This document shows positions 16,556 through 23,630 of a stretch of DNA of 37,583 bases, in pieces. Under the pieces are notes generated by a model. It had not been told where the DNA came from, did no database searches, and worked only from the letters and a program-made list of their open reading frames with translations. Position 1 is the stretch's first letter; every line of letters starts with the position of its first letter. The position numbers and the translations under genes were made by a program. This DNA comes from a virus: the IMG/VR virus record IMGVR_UViG_3300027974_000008. One strand, 5' to 3'.

Positions 16556-16917
16556 TCATTATCCTCTTCTTGAGATCCAACCCAAACAGCGTCTCCATTC
16601 ATATAGGCAGAACCAGCCTTAATCGTTGCGGAAGTTCCATAAAAGAAATTCCTAGACTTCGATATGAATGTTGAATCTTTCCCAACAACACTACTTCCAG
16701 ACTTAAAATAAAAACCCTCAGTAGAAATTATTGACCTACCAGATGACGATGAATAAGCCATTCCACCATTCTCTGATATTACGCATCCACGGCCACATGA
16801 GAATCCGTTGCGTTTTAGAACTGCTCCTACAAAATCAGCAGCGTCAGCATCATCATCTTCAGCCATCACCGATGCCATCAGCATCGCAGTCAGTGTCATA
16901 GTTATTATTGTTTTCAT
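16552..16917 (-). CDS. Secreted small protein (signal peptide), function unknown; the only minus-strand gene in the plus-strand block
   Basis: 121 aa, MKTIITMTLTAMLMASVMA|EDDD. My hand count gives about 40% G+C over 240 nt, against about 59% in 120 nt of the adjacent gene. Its stop overlaps the convergent stop in TTAA. Confidence 0.6.
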   Translation of the reverse strand: MKTIITMTLTAMLMASVMAEDDDADAADFVGAVLKRNGFSCGRGCVISENGGMAYSSSSGRSIISTEGFYFKSGSSVVGKDSTFISKSRNFFYGTSATIKAGSAYMNGDAVWVGSQEEDND

Positions 16918-16955
16918 TAGGAAAAGTCTCTAGTACAAACCGAAAGCCGTCAAGC

Positions 16956-17339
16956 ATGAAATTAACATCACGCCAAGTTGGTGCGGTAGGGGTAGCTCGC
17001 GTCACTGGCGCGTTGCTGCGGTGCGGGTATAACGTGCTTACGCCATACGAGGATTTTGCTGGGTACGATGTGGTGGCCGAGAAGAACAATAAGTTTTATC
17101 GCATCCAAGTTAAGACCGCGCAGACCGTAGAACCTGGGCGAACCAAGTACCGCTTCACTACCAGCAGTGGCAATGGGTTTAATATCCCAAAGCGCGCCAT
17201 CAGTGGCGTGGATTATGTGGCCTGCTGGGGCATGAACGATGATCTGTTCTGGCTGTTACCCATCGCCAAGTGCAAAAGCATAACAACTAAACTTTGCCCA
17301 TCGACAGGCCAGAACTGGCGTGTATTCCAAAGCTTGTGA
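16956..17339 (+). CDS. PD-(D/E)XK endonuclease, I-Ssp6803I-like (PDDEXK_5-type)
   Basis: Track ORF 16908-17339 starts at TTG. ATG at 16956 gives MKLTSRQVGAVGVARVTGALLRCGYNVLTPYEDFAGYDVVAEKNNKFYRIQVKTAQ, matching the G..GE..V...L...G..V..P.....YD.v......RIQVKT pattern. Confidence 0.55.
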   Translation: MKLTSRQVGAVGVARVTGALLRCGYNVLTPYEDFAGYDVVAEKNNKFYRIQVKTAQTVEPGRTKYRFTTSSGNGFNIPKRAISGVDYVACWGMNDDLFWLLPIAKCKSITTKLCPSTGQNWRVFQSL

Positions 17340-17515
17340 ACGAGAAAGAGGCTTGGGCTAAGTTTGAGGAAGGGCTGAAGGATGCAGAATCCTTTGATGA
17401 GGCCGTGGCTTGGGTCAAGAAGAATAAGAAAATTGTCGAGAAGCTAACTATGATGGCAATGATTAGACGATTTAATGATGATATTAGCAGAGCTAATAAG
17501 ACTTGGCGCAACTAA
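17336..17515 (+). CDS. Hypothetical protein
   Basis: Track ORF 17294-17515. GTG at 17336 forms a GTGA overlap with the upstream stop. The start is uncertain. Confidence 0.4.
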   Translation: MNEKEAWAKFEEGLKDAESFDEAVAWVKKNKKIVEKLTMMAMIRRFNDDISRANKTWRN

Positions 17516-17569
17516 AATAGATTAAAATATATCTCGACACTGGTATGGGTTGACAGCTAAACCCAACCA

Positions 17570-18031
17570 ATGGGGAAAATCAATAGTCGAGCCAAGGGCG
17601 CAGCGGGTGAGAGAGAATTAGCGAATTACTTGCGGGAGCAGGGCTGGCAGAAGGCTCGCCGTAGCCAACAGTTCGCAGGCAATCCAGAGGGCGGTAGCGG
17701 TGATGTAGTCTGCGAGAATTTTCCCTTCCATATCGAGGGCAAGCGATGCCAAGCACTCAAGCCCGAAGAGTGGATGGAGCAATCTAAGAGGGATTGTCCG
17801 AAGGGCAAGATCCCATCAGTATTCTTCCGCCGTAACGGACGCAAAGAGTGGCTAGTCATAATGACCGCCGACAGCGTGTGTGAATTAGCTCGACAGATCG
17901 CGCCTGCAAATGTGAAGATTGAATATGTACCCAGCAATCCTATGTCAACCACGGTTGGTGCTGGATTTTGGGTACACAATCAAGAAGAACTTACCCCATA
18001 CATACAACCAAAACTAAACCCAAATAAATAA
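17570..18031 (+). CDS. Hjc-like Holliday junction resolvase / PD-(D/E)XK nuclease
   Basis: 153 aa. KGAAGERELANYLREQGW...SGDVV...HIEGKR fits the archaeal-Hjc-type KG..fEREl..., D, E-x-K arrangement. Confidence 0.55.
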   Translation: MGKINSRAKGAAGERELANYLREQGWQKARRSQQFAGNPEGGSGDVVCENFPFHIEGKRCQALKPEEWMEQSKRDCPKGKIPSVFFRRNGRKEWLVIMTADSVCELARQIAPANVKIEYVPSNPMSTTVGAGFWVHNQEELTPYIQPKLNPNK

Positions 18032-18044
18032 AGGAGATACTACA

Positions 18045-18686
18045 ATGGCATTAACCATAAGTGAGTCGCAGAAGATGGAACGCAAGTTGCCCGAAGCTGG
18101 TGCAACCGTAGGCGTTCTTTACAGCCTAGTTGACCTAGGCCACCAGAAGACCAACTGGGACAACCAAGAGAAGTGGACACCTAAAGTCCGTTTGACCTTT
18201 GAGTTGCCCGATCAAACCGATGAGTTTGAAGTCGAGGAGAATGGCAAACGCACCATAGTCCAAAAGCCGATGGTCGTTAGTATTGAGCAGACCCGCAGCC
18301 TTGGTGAGAAGGCAAGCTTGCGGAAACTGCTTGAGCAGTGGAGAGGCCAGACCTTCACATCCAAGGAACTCCAGGCATTCAGCTTGAAGAACCTACTTGG
18401 CAAGCCAGCCATGCTGACGCTGATCCACAAGACCAGCCAGCAGGGTCGGCAGTATTGCGCCATCGCAGGTGCATCCAAACTCCCAAAGGGTATGAAAGCA
18501 CCAGCTACCACTACCAACGATCAGTTGTACTACGAGATCGAACAGGGTGAGGCTGGTCAGTTCAACGATATGCCCGATTGGTTGCAGGAGAAGATCCGTG
18601 CATCCAAGGAGTTTGCTACCGCTGCTGGCAAGTCCACGGCCACTAAGGTCGAGGTGGACGCAGACGGCAACCAAGTGCCATTCTAG
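18045..18686 (+). CDS. DUF669-like putative ssDNA-binding protein
   Basis: 213 aa, RBS aaaggagatactacaATG. The N-terminal pattern (LPEAGATVGVLYSLVDLG) and its position next to an exonuclease resemble DUF669 proteins. This is from memory only. Confidence 0.35.
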   Translation: MALTISESQKMERKLPEAGATVGVLYSLVDLGHQKTNWDNQEKWTPKVRLTFELPDQTDEFEVEENGKRTIVQKPMVVSIEQTRSLGEKASLRKLLEQWRGQTFTSKELQAFSLKNLLGKPAMLTLIHKTSQQGRQYCAIAGASKLPKGMKAPATTTNDQLYYEIEQGEAGQFNDMPDWLQEKIRASKEFATAAGKSTATKVEVDADGNQVPF

Positions 18687-18691
18687 GTTGT

Positions 18692-19510
18692 ATGGCTCTT
18701 ACAATCACAGCGAAAGAGCCTACCAATTCCCGTCTGGTCGCTACTGACCAGGCGGGACATTGGTACACAGCCGAGGGTGAATCCGCCCACGTTGTGATTG
18801 GCAAGAACGGAAAAGAAAGAAACACAACCGTAGCCGATGCGCGCCAGATGGGATTGTACCCATCCGTAACCAGCGTGCTTGGCATTATGGATAAGCCGCA
18901 ATTGACGGCGTGGAAGATTGAGCAGGCCATTATGTCTTCGCTCACACTTCCGAAGGAGGAAAATGAAACGCTCGAAACCTACGCTCGAAGAGTGGTTAAG
19001 GACTCTAAAGAGTCAACAACGAAGGCCGCTGAACACGGCACGAAAATGCACACGGAAATGGAGAACATCCTACTTGGAAGAGAAGTATCCAACGATGAAA
19101 CACTTGCTCCATACATCAAAACATTCAGCGAGTGGGCAGAAAAGAATGTCGAGAAAACGTACTGGTGCGAAAAGGGTCTTGTCGGCGCAGGCTATGCGGG
19201 AAGGTGTGATGCCTACGTCAAGCTACGCGGTGTTGGTGACGCTATCATCGACCTAAAGAATCGTAAGGTAAATCCTAAGTACGATCCTTTCTACGATACG
19301 GATTGCGCCCAGCTTTGGGCATACAGAGCCGCAAGCGAGAATCCTAGGTGCGCCTGCGTGTCGGTTGTCCTAGCGTCAAATGATGCTACCAAGCTGATGA
19401 CGAAGGTGTGGGACGAAGACGAACTCTATCAAGCTGGTATTGCCTTCTGTGCAATGCAGAAAGTCTGGTCTTGGGTCAAGGGCTACACGCCTCCTGGGAT
19501 GAAATTATGA
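18692..19510 (+). CDS. PD-(D/E)XK (RecB/Cas4-like) exonuclease
   Basis: 272 aa. Motifs are HGTKMHTEMENIL, GRCDAYVKL...AIIDLKNRK (D...D-x-K) and QLWAYRAA (Q..Y). Confidence 0.6.
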   Translation: MALTITAKEPTNSRLVATDQAGHWYTAEGESAHVVIGKNGKERNTTVADARQMGLYPSVTSVLGIMDKPQLTAWKIEQAIMSSLTLPKEENETLETYARRVVKDSKESTTKAAEHGTKMHTEMENILLGREVSNDETLAPYIKTFSEWAEKNVEKTYWCEKGLVGAGYAGRCDAYVKLRGVGDAIIDLKNRKVNPKYDPFYDTDCAQLWAYRAASENPRCACVSVVLASNDATKLMTKVWDEDELYQAGIAFCAMQKVWSWVKGYTPPGMKL

Positions 19511-19578
19511 TCGACCCAGCAGATGTCTTATGGCTAGAAGGATTACTGGACGAATTCTATAGGAGGCTTGCAAAATGA
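19507..19578 (+). CDS. Possible 23-aa coupling micro-ORF
   Basis: MIDPADVLWLEGLLDEFYRRLAK*. It has ATGA overlaps with both the upstream stop (19508-19510) and the downstream start (19575). Confidence 0.25.
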   Translation: MIDPADVLWLEGLLDEFYRRLAK

Positions 19579-19871
19579 CTGCACCAACAATCCAAGAGAT
19601 GGGTAACGCCGCGCAGGAGATAGTCTGGCGCGTGATGGGCAAAGGATCGGACAAGTCTGGTTATGGCGATTGGTTGCTGAAGGATAGGCCGACTCACGAT
19701 TACCATATTGCGCGTGCTGTTCGTCACCTAGCTACAGCGCAGATGCAGTTGCACAAGTCATCGCCTTGTCCCGACAATAACGGCGAAACAAGTATTGACC
19801 ACCTAGAGCGTGCGCTGGTACGATGCCTGTTCACGTTGGCACAAATAAAGAAAGAGGTAACAAGACTATGA
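19575..19871 (+). CDS. DUF5664-like protein (all-alpha, MazG-related NTP pyrophosphohydrolase N-domain-like)
   Basis: 98 aa. SGYGDW...HIARAVRHLATAQ...GETSIDHLERALVRCLFTL resembles the KYG..nW...A..RH.....D.esG..HLahA..nllfl pattern as I recall it. Confidence 0.35.
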   Translation: MTAPTIQEMGNAAQEIVWRVMGKGSDKSGYGDWLLKDRPTHDYHIARAVRHLATAQMQLHKSSPCPDNNGETSIDHLERALVRCLFTLAQIKKEVTRL

Positions 19872-20140
19872 TTATGGAAGATGTAAGTGTTGATTTTGAG
19901 TTTAACGGAGAAAAATACACTGCGTATGGCAACGCAGAGATTGACACGATTACCGAGGATATTGGTCCAGTTGGCTATAGGGAACATTACTTTGCAGAGG
20001 TGGTCAACAATGTGACCATGTCAAAGATTGAAATCTCAACTGCTACTGAGGACATAAAGAATCCAAGCAAGGAATTACTGGAAAAGGCTGATGACCTTTT
20101 GTCCATTCAGGCAACAGAAGATTTTGACGCTGGCAAATGA
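19868..20140 (+). CDS. Acidic hypothetical protein (90 aa)
   Basis: Track ORF 19823-20140. The ATG at 19868 forms an ATGA overlap with the upstream stop. Confidence 0.5.
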   Translation: MIMEDVSVDFEFNGEKYTAYGNAEIDTITEDIGPVGYREHYFAEVVNNVTMSKIEISTATEDIKNPSKELLEKADDLLSIQATEDFDAGK

Positions 20141-20313
20141 AATTGGCTCTGTCATGGCTGCTCTACTTTTTGGGTGACATAATAAGTCGTACGCTTTTGC
20201 GTACGGGTCTTGGATACGGACTATACAAGACGCTGATGCTTTGGTCGGTAGAACTGGATGACAAGTTTAATGTGTGGAAAGAAGTTAAACCTAGCGGAAG
20301 GGGCAAAAAATGA
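20137..20313 (+). CDS. Small membrane protein (58 aa)
   Basis: Not in the track. MKLALSWLLYFLGDIISRTLLRTGLGYGLYKTLMLWSVELDDKF... It has ATGA overlaps at both ends. Confidence 0.45.
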   Translation: MKLALSWLLYFLGDIISRTLLRTGLGYGLYKTLMLWSVELDDKFNVWKEVKPSGRGKK

Positions 20314-20975
20314 AACAAGCAATGGTAACTCAATCGTTTGGTGAGGACTGGCAAAAGATTCTGGATCTGACTAGGCCACGCATGGAGGCGTACTGCAAGC
20401 GTCACAACTGCGACTTCATTCTAATCGACAAACCCCTAACCCATCCAATGCAGTATTCTAAATCTGCCATTGGAAACATCATGGCCACTAAGGGCTATGA
20501 CCAAGTTACATTCGTTGACGCTGATGTTTTGATTACAGCCGATTGCCCCAAGCTTTCCGATGACGCTGGGGTGTTCTGCGCCTTTGATGAAGGGGCTTAT
20601 CTGGATCGCAAGCCAGAGATGGTGAAGCTGGCTGGAGCTTTCGGCGGGATGATCGAGCCTAAGTTCTACGTCAATACTGGCGTGTTCGTAGTTCACACTA
20701 AGGCCGTGGGTATCTTGTCGATGCCCCCAATCGGCCTGCACCCTAATCACTTCGCCGAGCAGACCTGGCTCAACGTCATGGCGCACTTGTGGAACATCCC
20801 GCTGACTGAGCTTGACCCATCCTTTAATTGCATGACGAGCGTGGAGTCGCACTTTGGTTTAGACCGCTACAAGGACGCAATGATTATTCATTACGCAGGG
20901 CAATCAAACGATCTGGTTAAGTTAGCTAACCAGATCAAAGAAGACGAAGCGAAGCTGGTGGGGTTGGGTAGGTGA
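20310..20975 (+). CDS. GT-A fold glycosyltransferase, GT8-like
   Basis: 221 aa. It has the DxD motif in VTFVDADVLI, plus FYVNTGVFVV, AEQTWLNV and IIHYAG, paralleling the GT8 (RfaI/RfaJ-type) motifs YLDaD, NsGv, DQd.LN and H..G. Confidence 0.55.
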   Translation: MKQAMVTQSFGEDWQKILDLTRPRMEAYCKRHNCDFILIDKPLTHPMQYSKSAIGNIMATKGYDQVTFVDADVLITADCPKLSDDAGVFCAFDEGAYLDRKPEMVKLAGAFGGMIEPKFYVNTGVFVVHTKAVGILSMPPIGLHPNHFAEQTWLNVMAHLWNIPLTELDPSFNCMTSVESHFGLDRYKDAMIIHYAGQSNDLVKLANQIKEDEAKLVGLGR

Positions 20976-21298
20976 GGTCCACGCACCTTTGTCGTGGTGA
21001 TTATGACGAGAGGTTGCAGCAGTTGGCTGGAGAGGTTGCGCTGCAAGCCATCCGTGATCTGCGGATGTTACGCAAGCGAGGGATGGTTAGGGGCATGAAG
21101 ATTATTAAGGATCACCAAGGCGTGCCACTCAACGATGCGCTGGAGTACAAGAACTCCCATGAGGTGCAGAAGCTACTGCGAGATTTTAAGAACGGGACGG
21201 TTGGCTGGTGGTGCAGAGCCAGCGGAGTAAGGATCGACAATCGGACGTTACTGCGCAAACTACAGGAGAATGACTATGCTTTGCCTACTGGAGCTTAA
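20972..21298 (+). CDS. Hypothetical protein
   Basis: 108 aa with a GTG start overlapping the upstream stop (GTGA). Confidence 0.5.
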   Translation: MRSTHLCRGDYDERLQQLAGEVALQAIRDLRMLRKRGMVRGMKIIKDHQGVPLNDALEYKNSHEVQKLLRDFKNGTVGWWCRASGVRIDNRTLLRKLQENDYALPTGA

Positions 21299-21422
21299 AG
21301 ACATCGTTTGGGTAATCAGTTGGTTTATTCTTTACAGTTGGCTGATTCTTTCGATAATCTACTGCGCTGGCTTTATCATCTTAAAGCTGATTGATTACAT
21401 AAGAAAGGAACTGGATCTATGA
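21276..21422 (+). CDS. Small transmembrane protein (48 aa)
   Basis: Not in the track. AGGAG lies 7 nt upstream. MLCLLELKDIVWVISWFILYSWLILSIIYCAGFIILKLIDYI... It has an ATGA overlap with the next gene. Confidence 0.45.
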   Translation: MLCLLELKDIVWVISWFILYSWLILSIIYCAGFIILKLIDYIRKELDL

Positions 21423-21619
21423 GGAAAAGAAAAGGTAAGAGTATTAAGCTGGTTAAGACCGAGGAGTACAAAGCAGTAAAAATCTTTGTCAATGTGGACG
21501 ATGATCTTTACGAGGCTTTGGCCGAAGCTGGCAAGCAACACATTCTCAAAGACAAGACGGCTTGCTTTGAGTACGCATTAAACAAGGCATTACTGGAACT
21601 TTGCGAGGAAGTCAAATGA
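21419..21619 (+). CDS. Hypothetical protein
   Basis: 66 aa, coupled at both ends. Confidence 0.5.
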   Translation: MRKRKGKSIKLVKTEEYKAVKIFVNVDDDLYEALAEAGKQHILKDKTACFEYALNKALLELCEEVK

Positions 21620-22182
21620 GCGAGTTTAAGCAGAAGGTATTAACCGCAGCAGTTGACCGCTACGTCTTAACAAAGACACAGTGCGAGATGCTGCGCCAGG
21701 ATGCTGAGATCATTGGCATGAAGCGTGCGCCTGTTCTTGCAAAGGATGGCGTTACACAAAAAGTATCTCGTACAAGAACCTGCTCATCGTGCTGGATTCC
21801 GTATGCAAAGCATCATAACTGGATCTACAACATTATGCGCGAGATTACGGAAGGCATCAATGCCGAGCAATGGCGATTCGACATCCAAGGCATCCAACAG
21901 TTGCAGGTGCTTCGATATAATCCATTCCAGCGTTTCAAGTGGCACTTTGATACTTATACTGGCTCTGATCGCAAGCTGACAGCAGTGGTAAATCTTTCCG
22001 ATCCATCCGAATACCTTGGTGGTGGACTTCAAGTTAAGGCAGACATTGAGAACGTAAAGTTTATCCGCGAGCAAGGAGCAGGCTGTTGGTTTCCATCCTA
22101 CTTAGAGCATAGAGCGCGCGCGCCAATATGGGGTACACGCTGGGTGTTGGTGGCTTGGTTTACTGGACCTGCTTGGAAATGA
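21616..22182 (+). CDS. 2OG-Fe(II) oxygenase (prolyl-4-hydroxylase / PKHD-type)
   Basis: Track ORF 21601-22182. ATG at 21616 is ATGA-coupled. It has the HxD motif in KWHFDT, then RKLTAVVNLSDPSEYLGGGLQV, a distal His in YLEHRARA, and RWVLVAWF. Confidence 0.7.
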   Translation: MSEFKQKVLTAAVDRYVLTKTQCEMLRQDAEIIGMKRAPVLAKDGVTQKVSRTRTCSSCWIPYAKHHNWIYNIMREITEGINAEQWRFDIQGIQQLQVLRYNPFQRFKWHFDTYTGSDRKLTAVVNLSDPSEYLGGGLQVKADIENVKFIREQGAGCWFPSYLEHRARAPIWGTRWVLVAWFTGPAWK

Positions 22183-22769
22183 TCCACGCTGCCAATCTGC
22201 CTCGCCACTTGTACGTCAAGTGCGATATGGAGTTTGTGTCTGACGGCGAGAAGCAGGGCATAGAAGATGTTGTTTGGTTTGGCCTAACAGCAATTCCTGG
22301 CCGAGCTTGGGGATGTACAGTTATGCTCAAGTGCGGTGCGTTGTACCGAGGCTTGCCACTACACGCTCTGGCTCATGGCGAGATTGCAATTATGGATTGG
22401 GACATTAACGATGCGCAACGCTGGGATTGTTTTGGATGGAACTTCACGACAATTGAGTACGACTATCTGATGGGGTTGTCCTGCAAGGTTTGGATTGCCA
22501 ATAGAAAAACATGGGAAGTTGGTCGCTATCTATTCACAGCCGAGCCATACGGAGATGGGTTCTCTATGTCGCCAAGCCAAACCAAGTCACACCATTTTAT
22601 TGCGCTTAACAATGGACGCATCACGGCAGTTCCAGGTAATAATGTGCTTTGGCGCGAATCAAGTTTCACCACTCAATCCGAAAAGCCTAAATGGTTGCGG
22701 ACGCAATCGCAAGTATGGAATGGAGAAGAAGCCACATGGGATGATGTGGTTGGTGAAGAAACAGCATGA
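22179..22769 (+). CDS. Conserved-looking hypothetical protein
   Basis: Track ORF 22128-22769. ATG at 22179 forms an ATGA overlap. 196 aa, Trp-rich, no recognised motif. Confidence 0.5.
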   Translation: MIHAANLPRHLYVKCDMEFVSDGEKQGIEDVVWFGLTAIPGRAWGCTVMLKCGALYRGLPLHALAHGEIAIMDWDINDAQRWDCFGWNFTTIEYDYLMGLSCKVWIANRKTWEVGRYLFTAEPYGDGFSMSPSQTKSHHFIALNNGRITAVPGNNVLWRESSFTTQSEKPKWLRTQSQVWNGEEATWDDVVGEETA

Positions 22770-22984
22770 TCCAACTCAATCCAGAACTATGGATGATGAC
22801 ACCCAAGGGTGAAGGATTGGCCTTCATCGTTACGGACTATGGGATGGATCATAACAAGATATTCACAGTAATGCTAAACACTGGAGAGATACTTGACTTT
22901 GACCTGCGCGATTGTCGCAGATGCGAGAACCCAAGCTTCGGGGTACAAGCACCATCAGTGCCTAATCCCTATTACAACATATAA
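22766..22984 (+). CDS. Hypothetical protein
   Basis: 72 aa, ATGA-coupled. Confidence 0.5.
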   Translation: MIQLNPELWMMTPKGEGLAFIVTDYGMDHNKIFTVMLNTGEILDFDLRDCRRCENPSFGVQAPSVPNPYYNI

Positions 22985-22996
22985 GGAGAATAGAAT

Positions 22997-23179
22997 ATGC
23001 TAGGCAAAGACGTATCAAAGAATATGCACGAGTTGGCGATGGACAATAAGAAGAAGGGCAAAGAGCGTGGAGCAGGCGGTAAGCCTCGCTCACGCCAGCA
23101 GATGATTGCGATAGCACTCTCTGCTGCTGGGAAGAGCAATAAATCGCCTCGTAAGTTTCGGATGCGATCTGGTTCTTGA
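22997..23179 (+). CDS. Small basic protein
   Basis: 60 aa, RBS ataaggagaatagaatATG. It contains RSRQQMIAIALSAAGKS. Confidence 0.5.
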   Translation: MLGKDVSKNMHELAMDNKKKGKERGAGGKPRSRQQMIAIALSAAGKSNKSPRKFRMRSGS

Positions 23180-23358
23180 TGCAAGTCGAGGCTAGAGATC
23201 GCCTCAAGTGGGCGCGCGAGATCCTTTCAATTGCACGCAATAAGCTTGTGATTGAGAGGGATCGCGCGACTCACGGACACGCAATAGATATGATCCAGAT
23301 AATCACGATGGTGGATGCTGCAAGCTTGGTGTGCAAGGAAGTGGCAGGTGAAGAATGA
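23176..23358 (+). CDS. Hypothetical protein
   Basis: 60 aa, coupled. Confidence 0.45.
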   Translation: MMQVEARDRLKWAREILSIARNKLVIERDRATHGHAIDMIQIITMVDAASLVCKEVAGEE

Positions 23359-23630
23359 GCATACGAGAAGACATCCTTGACCAGTTCGGTGATGATGCCG
23401 AGACGATGTTGTTCGCTGACGGATTTGATGACGCGATCATCGGGGTTGGAAACAAGTTTGGTGATCAGCTTTGCGCTATTTATGATGCCGACAAAGTGAT
23501 TGACATTCTTATGAAAGAAGGAATGGATTATGCCGAGGCACTAGAACACTTTGATTTTAATATTGCAGGAGCTTATGTAGGTGAGCAGACTCCGATCTTC
23601 ATGCACAAAATAGAAAGGCAGGCCAAATGA
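23355..23630 (+). CDS. Hypothetical protein
   Basis: 91 aa, coupled, acidic. Confidence 0.5.
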   Translation: MSIREDILDQFGDDAETMLFADGFDDAIIGVGNKFGDQLCAIYDADKVIDILMKEGMDYAEALEHFDFNIAGAYVGEQTPIFMHKIERQAK

